DNA of 63,030 bases, the filler included, from Octopus bimaculoides (Eukaryota), in the NCBI RefSeq assembly GCF_001194135.2. It is 6 parts of 6 records of this genome, joined end to end, with 100 filler letters (N's around TTAATTAATTAA, not from the genome) between each part and the next. Parts side by side here need not be neighbours in the genome. Positions count along the whole stretch, not along the records: positions 1 to 18,939 come from NC_068985.1; 5 more parts are not named here. The stretch is one strand, 5' to 3'. The notes beneath the pieces were generated by a model. It was given only the letters and a program-made list of their open reading frames with translations. It made no database searches and was not told the DNA's origin. Within the stretch, counting starts at the first letter, position 1. Each line of letters begins with the position of its first letter. Both the position numbers and the translations under genes were made by a program. Below are positions 1-14,515 of the stretch, one piece after another.

Positions 1-3000
1 ATATATATATATATATATATAAGATAGATAGATAGATATGTAAAGAGAGAGTGCTTTTAGATCGTATTAAGTGGTTAATTCATTTTACTCAACATGCATG
101 TGAAAATATACAATATTCAATGTTCCAATACAGCAGTCAAGTATTACTTCACATTAACTGCTTCACTTCCACCCCCACCACCGCATCTTGAGTTTCACTT
201 AATCAAGGATTTGCAAACTTTGATCATTGACTCTTACTATTTAAATCACTTACAACCTTATGAATACTTATTGCAACTGTCACAAGGAATTATTAAAATC
301 TTTTGTAAAGTTAGCTGGTAAAAAATTAATTTAAGATTTTAATTTGCAGTCTTCAGAACTTTTGTACAAGTGTAGAGGAACATACTATATAATATCTAGC
401 AGAACATTGTTAACATTCATTTCAGTTGAAACAAATATAAAAAAAATGTAAATTTTAATCTGAGATTTTTTTTATAGTCTGTGTGCGTGTTTGTATATAT
501 ATGTGCTGTATGAATGGATTCATGTATATGTGTGAACTGTCAGAAAATATATTTGAAATATTTAATTCATTCCTTATCAAAGAGTCGTAGTTGAATTTAC
601 TTCATTGTAACCGTCTTAACACATTGGTCTTCATTCATATTGCTTTGGATGCTGAATTCTATTTTTCATCCTTCTCATCATTCAAACATTTTTTATTACA
701 TTTTATGACAGTGTTCAGGAATTTTTTTTTCCTTTTTTTGAAACAGACAGGATTTAGGTATTAAACTTTTTATTCGGACTCAGTAACTGTAAACCTACAG
801 TACAATCAAACATACAATTCTCTAGTATACATAAGGCAGACACATGCATATGCACTCACATTAATTTCAGTAAGATTCCTGCCACAAATTATGGAAGATG
901 TGGTTTCTTAACTTTTGAAATTCTATTTTAAGAAATGCTTGATATAACTCAGCAATCATTTATAATAAGAGATAAAATTTTAATATTAATCTTCCTGTGG
1001 AACAAGTTTGTATCTGAATGGTTGCAGAGTTCTATTGACAAGACAGCTAGAGATATTAATGGTTGCCATGCTATTCTGTCAGCTGTAAAGAGAGACCAGC
1101 TTTTAATGAAAAATCATGAAAAAAAAGAAAGGAAAAGAAAAAATGATTATAGAATCCATCATGTGGCTCTGTGTCATCTATTCATTTCAGCATTTGAAGC
1201 TTTAATAAAAGTTCTCTTTGCTTCTGTGGTGTTTTATGTTTCCTAATAAACTCTTTAATTCTTTTAGTGGTTCCTAGTTAGCTCTTCAGCATGATTCTCT
1301 CTGATAACCTCAAATAAGATTTATAAAGGAAACCCTTCAACAGTTTAGAAATAGTTCTACCTTTATATATGAAATGTAATTTGGAATTTGTGTGTGAATA
1401 GATATTTCTGCTTCTATTATTAACATTTCACTTTTGAAATTGTTAGTTACTTAAATTTTGTTTAACCTGTTTTTTCTTTTTAACAAACCTATAGAAGGGA
1501 GTATATTTTTCATCTAGCTGCTATTTGCGAGTCATAAAGGGATTGATTGGTGATTGTTAGAGAAAATTCTTGTATTTGCTTATATATTGTTATCTGTCTG
1601 TAAGATTCTCTTTTGGTTAGTTAAAAAATTCAATGGCTACTATTAGGATTTTCAGCCCAAATGTGGATTTACGCAGCAAATTCTATTTCAGACTTAGTAA
1701 ATATTCTCAAATCATATTCAGTTGGAAAATATAATTTGTATCTGCTGTTCTCTGTATACAATGCTTTTTTCCATTTAGTCTAATCTTATTTTACCCAGCT
1801 CTAAAATAAATCCAAAAGAATGAAATTAACTTATGCCCAAAAATAGGTTTTGGATATAACTTTCATGTTGACATAATATTTATTTACAATTTTCGTAATA
1901 TTTTAAGGTATAGTGCAATGTGCATGTGACATTTGCATGTTTCCTATGAAAATTAATCGTTTTGTTGTTATTTATGTTTTAGTGATATTTTCAAATAGTT
2001 GGCAATGTTTTATATGTGCATAAATTGGTGTATTGGTACTGAATATGCTTAATATCCTTACATCTATCCATTTTCAAAACATATGTCATTGATGTTATTA
2101 GAAATTAATGCATAATATTATATACATTTATTGCTTAGAAGAGGAAATCCCTTTTAGGGTATTTAATGTAGAAACTGATGACAGAGCTTGATGATTTAAA
2201 TTTGTTTGAGAAAGAACTAAATGTCTCAGTGGATCACAAGTCATGGTAATATTTACTATAAAGGGTTCAGAGAAATAACTGAATCATCTGATGACCATTT
2301 CCCGTTGGTTCTGTTTCCTTTTGCATCAAACATCATTTTGTAACCTCACCTGGAAATGTAGAATATATCTGCATAAAACAATTTTTTTTTTTCGTTATTT
2401 CAACATGTTTGAGTGTGAATTTACCCTTCAAAGAATATATATTTTGGATGTTATATTTTCATGACTAACTTGGTTCTATGCATATTGTTTTGAGAATATA
2501 CTTATTTGTAAAATGCTGCTTACTGAATAAAAACAAAATGCTTTAATTCCCATTTGAGATAGTTAGAGAACAGAAATGATCAGTGTATAATATAATAATA
2601 ACCTCTATTTCACTGTTATACAAAGCTCATATGAATTGAATCTCTCTTTTTTTTTCTTCCAACTAGCATATAAAATTTGGGCTGCATTACATTTTTTTAG
2701 GCATTAGCCTGGAGAATTTATAATATGCAGCTATTTAGGTATTTTGAAAACTGTTCTTTGATGTTGAAAACTTTACTTGTATTTTTGTAACACAATAAAG
2801 TGAAACAACAGGAATGTATACGATATTAGAAAGTAATTGTATATGAACCAAATGTGTGAAACAGTTACTTACTAATGCATATTTATTACTAGATTTATTT
2901 TTACTTCACAGTTAAATTTTAAATAAAATTTTGTTTTTGTAATGCAGTTTTTTTTTTATAGTCAGAAACCAAAGGACCTAATGTTTTTATTACAACCTAA

Positions 3001-3049
3001 AGATATTTATTTCCAAGTTTAATTTTGGTTCCTAAGTTCCACCCTAGCT

Positions 3050-3082
<33 letters not shown>

Positions 3083-3558
3083 AATTTCTAACCTTTATTT
3101 ATTTATTTTTTTTACTTGTTTCTAATGCCATTTATTCTTTAATGCACTCACTAAGCAATAAGCAAGACATTTCTAATACATCCAATAAAAATATTATTAA
3201 GGGCCTTTTAATGGTAAGTGCTAAATATTGTACTTAGGTACTCAGCTCTCAGCTATTCTACTTATATTCTCTTACTAATTGTGTTTATAAATATGCAAAT
3301 GATTTTAACTACATTAGTCTTATTTAAAATATTCTAGAATATAGAATTATTTTGATGCATAATCATCAAGAATCTCTTAATTTAGTTACATTCTAAATGA
3401 TAGTGATGATGATGATGATGATGATACTAGTCTAGAATTTTGTTTGACCACCAAATTAACTGAACTCTTTAAGTCAGCTGCTTCTAAATTGTTTTATGTA
3501 TGTTGCAGCATTTCATTACATTATTCTTTTACAACATCATTTAATGAATTATATTTAG

Positions 3559-3600
<42 letters not shown>

Positions 3601-3944
3601 TTATATATAAAAAGATTGTCAGGTGAGACAGAATAGTGGTCATGACCATTGCAGGTCATCTTAGATTAGTGAAACTGGTGCAGTTTGAATATGTGTCAAC
3701 ATATTGGCCGAGAGCAGTTACAGTTCAGTGGGAAGGAAGAAAGGATTGGGTGAATTGTTTAGTGCAGAACAGTCTGGCAGATAAGATACAGAAACAATAA
3801 TGTGAGAGACAAATGGACATGAATGAAAATAGTATGCAGTTGACTAGTTCAAAGGAAGTGATGCAGTTGTAGTTGCAAGAGGAGACACAGAAAATATATG
3901 AGACAGTGGTTGAAATATGTCAGTGACAGAGTTGTCATTCAGTT

Positions 3945-4672
3945 ACTCTTTTACTTGTTTCATTTGACTGTGGTCATGCTGGAGCACCGCCTTCAGTCGA
4001 GCAAATCGACCCCAGGACTTATTCTTTGGAAGCCTAGTACTTATTCTGTCGGTCTCTTTTGCCAAACCGCTAAGTTACGGGGATGTAAACACACCAGCAT
4101 CGGTTGTCAAGCGATGTTGGGGGGACAAACACAGACACACAAACATATAACACACACACACACACACANNNNNNNNNNNNNNNNNNNNNNNNNNNNNNNN
4201 NNNNNNNNNNNNNNNNNNNNNNNNNNNNNNNNNNNNNNNNNNNNNNNNNNNNNNNNNNNNNNNNNNNNNNNNNNNNNNNNNNNNNNNNNNNNNNNNNNNN
4301 NNNNNNNNNNNNNNNNNNNNNNNNNNNNNNNNNNNNNNNNNNNNNNNNNNNNNNNNNNNNNNNNNNNNNNNNNNNNNNNNNNNNNNNNNNNNNNNNNNNN
4401 NNNNNNNNNNNNNNNNNNNNNNNNNNNNNNNNNNNNNNNNNNNNNNNNNNNNNNNNNNNNNNNNNNNATGGAGAGCGGACGTTAAACGATGATGATGATG
4501 ATGATGATGATATATATATACGACAGGCTTCTTCCAGTTTCCGTCTACCAAATCCACTCACAAGGTTTTGGTCAGCCCAAGGCTATAGAAGACATTTGCC
4601 CAAGGTGCCACACAGTGGGAATGAACCTAGAACCATGTGGTTGGTAAGCAATCTACTTACAACACAGCTACA
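3945..4672 (-). mobile_element. Second SINE family copy spanning a gap
   Basis: Matches the plus-strand copies at 29226-29590 and 44880-45135 (cacatggttccgggttcagtcccactgcgtggcaccttgggcaag... body, internal CA/TA repeat). Confidence 0.8.
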
Positions 4673-7389
4673 TCCATAATGACAAGCTCCATATTTTATT
4701 TTTCCAAAATATATACATGTATTCACATTATTGAGTGAAAACCAAATTCTACATTTTCTGTTTAATAATCTATTTCATCTATGCCTTGCAGATATTATAG
4801 CAAAAACATTGTCATGAAGACCAACCAGCTTTATCTACAGCATTAACTTCCTTCTCACTCTCTCTCTCTCCCTCTCCTGTTGTTCTTTCCTCAGGCACAA
4901 TATCTTCATTCTAATTTGACAGAAGAGGGTGTCAGTCTGGAAGCTGAGAATTCTAGCTCAGTAGCAACAGGTCTGAACTGGAATCTATCAGTCAATGATT
5001 TGTATTTAGTCATTGTCCACTCCTCTGCATTGCAAATGGCAGCTCCTGGAGTGTCATGGTTGGTACTGGAGAATGTCACATGACATCCCAGTCGAACAGC
5101 ATGACCTTCATATATGAAAAGAGTTAAACCATTACCTGTATGCCATCACCTTGGACATGTTTTGAACCTTCTTTTAATACCATTGTTCATTGTGGTCTTA
5201 TAAAGGAAACATGACTTCAAGAGAGGTATACTCCAAAGTTATCAACAGCAACTCTACATCAGCATTTATGTGACTTGGTTAGAGACAAGGTTCAGAGTAA
5301 TTCCAATGTGTGCGCACTCATTGTGAACAAGGATGTTAGCTGATTAACAGGATACCTCATAGAACCAGACACTGCTGTTTGGTTGCAAAGCAATAGAGAT
5401 GCTGTTGGTTGAGAGAAGATAGCATGTGAATAAGTATCAAATGTTTTGCCACCTTTAATGGCATGGATAAGTAAATATGGATGTATTCAGAGTTAAGCCT
5501 TATAGAATCTTTCACATAAGATCAATATATCTGGAATGGTGCAGTCTATGCCAGTATGGAAATAAAAACATTGAAATCATGATGATGATTTTTAAACATT
5601 CTACTTCTTTTAATTGATTTTAGACATTAGTCATCTTTTAATTGAATTTAAACATTAGTCATCTAATTTCTAAGAGGAATTTACTTTTGAAGTATTTATG
5701 AGAGAAACTCAGACATTCTTTTGTTTTATTAAAAATTAAGACATTATCATTTTTCTTTTTAATTATCTGTGATCAAAACTTAAATTTTATAGTTATAAGA
5801 AAAATATGTCTAGACCGTCTTAAAAATATTTACAAATGAAAGTAGTTTACAAAATCCATATTTAATTTCCCACTACAAAATAGGAATATATGAGTTGCTT
5901 CTAATTATTTTGTAATGTTCCTGGTTACTAGCATATTGATTGCATCCAGTAAATCAGAGGCCTTTTCAAGTAATAATCGATTGTTTTGATTATAGAAAAC
6001 AAAGTTGTAAAAATCTATTTTCTATGCTATAACTTTACTCTTGAAATAAAAAAAAAAAAAAATACAAAATTAATATTGGTACAAACTGATATTGGTTATG
6101 CAGATGCATGCTATCTACTGATAATTATAGTAATTTTCCTGCTTTATTTTCATCATGACACCCCCCTTTTAAAGTAGTTTGTTTCATCTTTCATAATTCT
6201 GTACATTTACCCATACATCAATACAAGGTTTAAAACAGGTAATCTTCCCTCTTACATTAGATCTGTGTGTGTGTGTGTAAATACAATATATGTACATAAA
6301 TATGTATCTGTTTATTCTGTTTATGTATTTTTCATATGTGTTTGAGTGTGATTTGATGATATGCTTTTTGAACTATTGAAGAAGGCTGAATCATTATTGC
6401 TGGTGAAAATTTAACAATTTTTTTTTTTTTTTTTCTATAAGCCAGATTACTGTCCAACTTCTTTGCTTTTGATCCAACTGTCTTTCCTCTCAATGTTTCT
6501 CTCATTTCTCTAGTTCCTTCCATTGGTTATGTTTGTCTCTTCCTGGCTTACTCTATTGGTTTAATAAAAACAAATCCGGAATAATATGTGGTGTTAATAA
6601 CACTGTTTATTACCCAAATTTCTATATTTTAGCTCAATTTTGATTTTCATATTCACAGATATTTCAAGTGTATGTGTGAGATAAAGAGAATGATCTTTAT
6701 ATATTTTCTCTATGTTTACACAAACTTAAAAAAAAAACATTACATACAACAATTCTTATAATTCAATAGTTAGCTCCTAACGATGATATAAATGAGATGG
6801 TGAAAAATAATTATATAGTATTTATAAACAACCTACAGTCAACAAGTGTAATGCTGCCACATCTCCTTCACTGTCACACTGTTAGATCATATCTAATAAT
6901 AACTTCATTAAATTTTCTTTCATTTGTTATTATTTATTAGTATATAGGTCATTTTTTTTTCTTAACTTGTTCGCAATTCAGTCTGCAATGAATACGAACA
7001 CTATCATTGTACATTTTAATGTGAGTTTGCCAATAATCAACCACTGGCTTATTTGAATTCAATCTGAACTTCATGTTCATGTAGATCGTCGATTGAGTAT
7101 GTATAACTAAGCAGTTTATAGATCTGGCACATGTCTGCAGACAACATGCCTACATTGAAAAGCTCTAATATTCAAAATATGATGAATTAGCTGATAGATC
7201 TGGGCATAATTTAATTATAATGCAAGGCTGTTTAAAAATTGGAATACATGGAAGTCCAATGTAAATTATCACACAACAGAAACTGAATAAATTCTGCATA
7301 AACAGACTTTATGACAAAATGTGTCTTTCAGACATTGAAATCTCACTTCAAAATTTGGTTTGCTTGGACATCATACATTTGTTACTTGA

Positions 7390-7422
<33 letters not shown>

Positions 7423-7632
7423 NNNNNNNNNNNNNNNNNNNNNNNNNNNNNNNNNNNNNNNNNNNNNNNNNNNNNNNNNNNNNNNNNNNNNNNNNNNNNN
7501 NNNNNNNNNNNNNNNNNNNNNNNNNNNNNNNNNNNNNNNNNNNNNNNNNNNNNNNNNNNNNNNNNNNNNNNNNNNNNNNNNNNNNNNNNNNNNNNNNNNN
7601 NNNNNNNNNNNNNNNNNNNNNNNNNNNNNNNN

Positions 7633-7664
<32 letters not shown>

Positions 7665-10600
7665 GGAGAGAGAGAGAGGAAGAGAGAGACAGACAGATCA
7701 TGTCTATAAACACGTATTTTCTCTGCTTTAACTTCTAATATCTAATACATATGTAGTTAATTTGGATTTTTCAGAGAAAGACATGTAATTACTGCTATTA
7801 TGTATTATAGCTTCAAGCTAGTAAAAGCTTTAAAATGATCTGAAAATATTGTCATCTGTTAATCAAGATATAATATGAAATAGATAGGGCTACAAGAAAA
7901 CAAGTGACATGTTTTAATTTTATTGTCCATATTCTTTCTGTGAAAGGTATGTAGTTACTGTCATTATATGTTTATATCTTTGAGATTGTCAGTTAAAAAA
8001 AAAAAAATCAGAAAATATAGTTCGGTGTTAGTCAAGATATGAAATGATAGCAGAGGAATGTNNNNNNNNNNCAACTGACATTTTAATTGCAACAACATAA
8101 CTCGTATTATAATTATATACACACACACACACCTTTACAAAATGTATACACTTTAATGCTAAATCATAGATGCTGTAAATAAGAGTGAATCATAACTTTT
8201 TAGCTCTGCTAGAATTGTTAGTTGTCAAGAAAAAAGTCTTTTGTTCCTTCAAGGATAAATTCTCTTGTTCCATTACATATTAAATGAAATGATAACTAAG
8301 TAACTTAGCCATCTATATTGATTGGATTAGCTCTTTTGAACTTAGTAAAAGCAATAGTTCTAGATGTTATTATCGTATATGAGTTATCTATGGAAAGTAA
8401 ATGCTGTCTCTGACAGAGTCTCCATTTTCATGTGTAACAAGACTAAAACATAATGAGATTATAATGAAAAACTAGTTTTTAAGAATAATATTTCATATTC
8501 TGGAAAAATATCTTAACATGTTTCAAATTTATAAAGAAGTTGAATAAATGAATTTTCAGATATTGTTTGCTTTCAAAAAGGACTGAGTTTTTCCAGAAAG
8601 TGGTTTCTTTATAATTTCTATTCAAACCATCTTTTGAATGTTGAGTTAATTTTTAAGAATATTATATTGAAATAGTCATAATAACATTTTGACTTGCTTG
8701 TTACCAATGCTNNNNNNNNNNNNNNNNNNNNNNNNNNNNNNNNNNNNNNNNNNNNNNNNNNNNNNNNNNNNNNNNNNNNNNNNNNNNNNNNNNNNNNNNN
8801 NNNNNNNNNNNNNNNNNNNNNNNNNNNNNNNNNNNNNNNNNNNNNNNNNNNNNNNNNNNNNNNNNNNNNNNNNNNNNNNNNNNNNNNNNNNNNNNNNNNN
8901 NNNNNNNNNNNNNNNNTATATATATATATATATATATATATGGTTTACCTAGTACAGCTTCTGGTTGTCTTATAAATATGATTCTAGAACTTATGGCAGT
9001 AGTACATACTTTAAATATTACTTCTTGCTGATATTAATGCCTCATTGTTCCATGATTTGAGTTTATTTTACTTTTTGTCTCCAGGCATACAAATCCAAAT
9101 TTCATCATTTGTCTCTTCCTCAAAGCTATTGCTCTATGCTTTCAATGTTTAAAGTAGGATTATATGTTTTATATACAAGTAATATTTTGGGCAAGATCAT
9201 ATGAGATGCTTCTATTAATTGTGCTGTCAAATGCTTTTTACAATCTATATTTTCTTTTTACCTTTTATGGACTTTACATCTATTAGAAGCCACACTGAAG
9301 TAAACTTACTGCTAGGCTTTATTGGCAGTATTATTACTTGTGTCATGTACATTCCAATGATAATCTATAATAATGTGAATAGAATTTAAGTAGTTTAGAT
9401 TTTGTGTTCTGAAAAGACCTGTTAGTAAAAAGCATTCTGTGTTCAGCAGTAAACATAATTCTGATGAAAAATGTCTGGTCTTTTACTCATATTACCACAT
9501 CTCTCTTTCATTGTTGCATGTATCCATGGTTAAATAGTTGCTTTTATATTCTCAAATACATTTAGTGAGATATACTAAGGTTTCCCTATTGGAAAAGTGT
9601 GGCATTTATGTGGAAATTTGTTTGCCAGTGTAAAAATAAAGTAAAACAGATTTATGAGAAGAAACATGTTACTTTACGTATGTGTGTGTATGTATGGATG
9701 CCATATTTTGCTTATAAATATGCATGAACATTGTATAGCTTCACTAAACTTGTTTATAACTGTATTCTGTGATATTAGCTCAATCTATCATTTACTTTGC
9801 CATGATCACAAAATTAAGATCAATAACCAACGCATGGCTTGTCTTGTCATCAATGGATCAAGGAGTCTTCCTCTTTTCAATTCACCAAGTTCTCTTTTTT
9901 TTTTTTTTTTTATCATTTATGCTGGTGCAGTTTGCATAGATTAGGAATTGCTTTTTCTTAAAAAGAATAATAAATAAATATGAAATAGTTGCTGTGGCCT
10001 AGGTAAAATATTAAAAATTAAGCCTTTTAAAAACTAATTTCTATAGAATGTTCTCAGTATTCTGAATGTTACAATATTCCAAAATAGAACACAACTAACA
10101 GAAAAACATCAATAAAACATACCAACTTCTTTTTCATTCATGTTACTTTTAAGATATTATTTGTTAAAGATTGGTTAGTAAGTTGCCTATGTATTTCTTT
10201 TGTATTAACAGAACTTGAATTTTATATAAAACTAAAACTAGAAATATAATTTGTAAAAAAAAAAAACAAGTGAAAGAATTTAAATTTGGTTATGCATTTT
10301 AGCAAATACGTGCATTCCAGGTGGTATTTTTTTCATTTTATCACTAAATATGTACCTGGAATCATAAGTCACATAGCTAACAACTAAATATGCTTCAAAG
10401 CAAAGTGTCTTAAAATAAGCCCATCTGATGCTGCATCAGGGGTATAGCTGGGGTAAATGGTACCCAGGGTAAGCATCAAAATTGTTCCCCCTTCTCCAAC
10501 CAAAAAGTGGAAACTTGCATAGAAATGGCTTAATTAGAAAATGATCTTGGCCAAAACTATGCCCTTATCAAAGTTGGGCCCAGGGCATGTGCCCTGCTTA

Positions 10601-12476
10601 CTCCACCCTAGCTACGCCCCTGTGCTGCATTAATTGTTGTAGTAATGCCTGGTTGTTAAAACTAGAGTGGTCATCATTGGAATGCTTTTTTATTACAGGT
10701 GAAGTCAGTCTGAGCTATCTTGGAGCGCCTACTATCTCTTCTATAACTGTATTCTGTGATATTAGCTCAATCTATCATTTATTGTGGGTGCTGGTGGCAT
10801 GTAAAAAGAAACCCAGTACACTCTGTGTTAGGAAAGGGCATTCTGCCATAGAAACCAAGCCAAAACAGACTATGAAACCTGGTGTGGCCCTTGTTCTTGC
10901 CAGTTCATGTCAAACCATCCAGCATGGAAAATGGACATCAAATGTTGCTGATTATTTATAGCTTTGTGGTGTGATCTCTAAGTAAACTTCTAGCTTGTTC
11001 TGTACTCTAGATATTCTGAACTCTGTATCTCTTCTATAGTCAGACACCACCTATCTCGATCCCTCTATTATGCTTTAATATTTCAACTGGCACAAAGCCA
11101 CTTCTCTCAGTTTCTCTCCTTCTCCCAGCTGAAAGATCTTAAAGTTACTTGCCAACTCCACTAGTGATGGTATCACATAAAAAGCACCTAGTACACTCCT
11201 GTAAAGTGGTTGGTATTAGGAACCATGCCAAAGTAGACAATGGAACTGGGTAAAGTTCTCTGGCCTGCCTAGCTCCTGTCAAATTGTCCAACACATACCA
11301 GCATGGAAGTCTGAAATTAAAGGATGATAATCATGGTAGTAATAATAATGATGATGATGACAATTTTGACTTGTATTTCAAGGTCTTTGCTCCAGTAACT
11401 GTCTTTCTGTGTATCAGTTGTACTCTTATTATAGATTTTACTTCAGTAATGTGGCTTAGGTGACAAATATAATATGAATGACTGAACTAAATAACAAACA
11501 TCTCTGGTAATAACAGCAATAATTATTGACATTTACTCTTTTTACGCCTTTTTAGATTAATTATTGACAGGCAAACAAGAATTATACTAAAAGAATTTTA
11601 GTTTGTGGATACTTGAGGTTCAAGCAGATGAAATGGTTGATGATACTAGTTTGTTAGTAACCAAAGTAGTGTGTGAGTAATAGAAAGAAGAATAATTTGA
11701 CAATATTGGGGGTAGAGCTATAAATAACAAGGCATGTGTTTTTATCAGGTCTTATAAAATCTTGCAAAAACGATAATGAAACGAGTGTTGTTATCAATGG
11801 AAGCTCTGCTTTATGTACATGATCGATTCTGCTAACCTTTCCAGCGTTTTTTGAGTAAAACATCAGATGTTGTTATTTTCCTTGTTAAATCTTTGATGTG
11901 TATGTTCGCAATACTGAAATGGTGGTAATGTTCTAAGTAAACTATCGCTATCATTACCGAATTTTCTCAGCTTGCAAAAACTTTTTCTTTCTCTTTGCCA
12001 GAATAAAAAAACAAAAAATGGAAAATAAGCAAAAAAAAATTATAACATTCTTTTTTAAGTTTTAATTTCTTTTTCATTGATATGTTAGTTACTATATGTT
12101 ATTGATTGCCTATGATTGTATTCAAAAACAGTATCTTAGTGTGGGTGAACATGGTATGAGAATGTGAAGAGAGAAAAAAGAACCTTAATACATTCTGTGA
12201 AATTATTATTAACATTACTGTTGCTGATTTCTGAAGAAAATTAAGAAAATCAGTAAAAGGAATATTCTCATACACATTTATACATATTTTTATATTAATT
12301 TTGTTTAATTTTTAATGTTTATGTTTTTTACACTGTGATGGAATTTCAGAATGCATATATGGAAAGATGACATATTCTGAGAAAATTTTGATTCGTGTTG
12401 TGAGCGATATTTTAATTTACAAAATAGGGAAAATGTTTAACAGGATGTTTTGCCTGTATACATGTGCATGCAAATC

Positions 12477-12525
<49 letters not shown>

Positions 12526-13301
12526 ATGACTCCACACACAAAGATACAAAACTTTAATTTCGTAAAGAGTATGCTAAAGTGATGATGTATTATTTTTTCT
12601 AACTATAGAGATTTTTTTGAAAAGCTAAGCAACAGAACCACATTTCATCATTAGACCCTTTTGGTGCAAGGAGAGCTTAGAGTATTCAAAATTTCTGAGC
12701 TTCCAAGGAACAACTTCTGATCAATAATAATTTTGTGAGACTCTTCAGCTTACTTCAGAATCAGAGAGATGGCCAGTGGATGTAACGTACTCCATCTGCC
12801 ATTTTGATTGAGCTGCTATTTTTTTTTTCTTGGATGGGTAAGAGTACAATTTCTCACAAATGTTGCCCTCTTATTCATATCTATTTGTTTCTCAGTAAAT
12901 TATTATACAGCTGTTCTCTTGCCATGTAAAATATTTTGGTGTGGGTGCTGGTGGCATGTAAAAAGAACCCAGTACACTTTGTGGAGTGATTGGCTTTAGG
13001 AAAGGGCATCCTGCCATAGAAACCAAGTCAAAACAGACTATGAAACCTGGTGTGGCCCTTGTCCTTGCCAGTTCCTGTCAAGCCATCCAGATCATACCAG
13101 AATGGAAAATGGACATCAAATGTTGATGATGATCATTTATAGCTTTGTAGCGTAATCTCTAAGTAAACTTCCAGCTTGTTCTGTACTCTAGATATTATTC
13201 ACATAACTAAGTCAACTATTTTCAAGATTCCTAGGTTTATGAAGACCAAATGAGAAGTAAATCTAGGAAACTTAAAATTAGTTTTATGCACACGTACATG
13301 T

Positions 13302-13334
<33 letters not shown>

Positions 13335-13944
13335 CACACACATTCATGCTCTCTCTCGCCCTCTCTTTCTTTTCCTTAAATATGTGTATACATACACCCA
13401 CACACAAATGTGTGTTTGTGTGAAAATACACTGGTTGCTGCATGCAGACACAATAGAAAATAATCTACATGTATATTCTACTGATAAGGAGTCATTGGTG
13501 CATTTCAGTTCCTACTCATCTGCCTTGTGTGATAAAACACAGTTTGTGCTTAACCATTACAATGAAATGATGCCCAGTTACTGACATTCAGGAAAGCTTC
13601 TTTGAGACCCGCAATGAAGTATTACCCAAACATGCACACAGTCATCCTGGACTACATTTGGAGAAGTTCCACTTAAATGGTCCCGCTTCTGGACCACAGA
13701 TATGTTGTCTTATCCCTTAGCTTTTTCCATCTGATATCAACTTACTGGAAGCCTCCCCCCTACTCATGTCATTTCTGCAGATATTGACAAGCAAAAGGAT
13801 TAAGCAAAAAGTTAATGGCATCAGGCTTACCAGTTTCTGAGAGCCTGCATTGATCATAGGCACTGTCTTTTCTTCTAGACCCAGCAAATACAAGACATAT
13901 GTCTATCAATATGTATTTCGTGTGTGTGTGTGTGTGTGTATGTG

Positions 13945-14290
13945 TGTGTGTATGACAGCTGTCATCCCCCTTCCACTCATACATACCACATATTCCTGTC
14001 ACTACAGTCTTTTTCTTACCTGCTGAATCTGGTTCTTCTCATATTTAGTTTTTTCTCTCAACTCTGTTCTTCATGCATATTAACAACTCTAGCAAGCATA
14101 CTTGTTTCATTTTTTTCTTGTCTATGCAATTTCTCTGCATTCAAGATTCTCTTGTTTCACTGCCATAGTTGCATTGTACAATCTGCTTTTCACCATTTGG
14201 AAGAATCCTCTCCTTACCAGCAGGAGTCACACTTCACTGAATGAATTTTTACCATTTCATTCTTAATCTAGCTTCTTATGTTCTCCAAAC
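13945..14290 (-). mobile_element. RTE-clade LINE remnant (post-RT region)
   Basis: Frameshifted KSRLYNA, YGSET, LNAEKLHRQEKNETSML resemble the RTE C-terminal motif LYGSETW-LN...E-SMLR. Confidence 0.65.
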
Positions 14291-14455
14291 ACTCCCCCAC
14301 CACCACCACCACTGCTAATGAAGTCACCTGGGTAACAGAAGCCATGAACAACTTCTAGGGAGACTTGTAGACACTTACTAGAATCTGTGAGATCTTAGAA
14401 TTTATTGTCCCTTTACACCTGATACATGCATCGTGTACTTTTTCTGTTAACCTAC

Positions 14456-14515
<60 letters not shown>

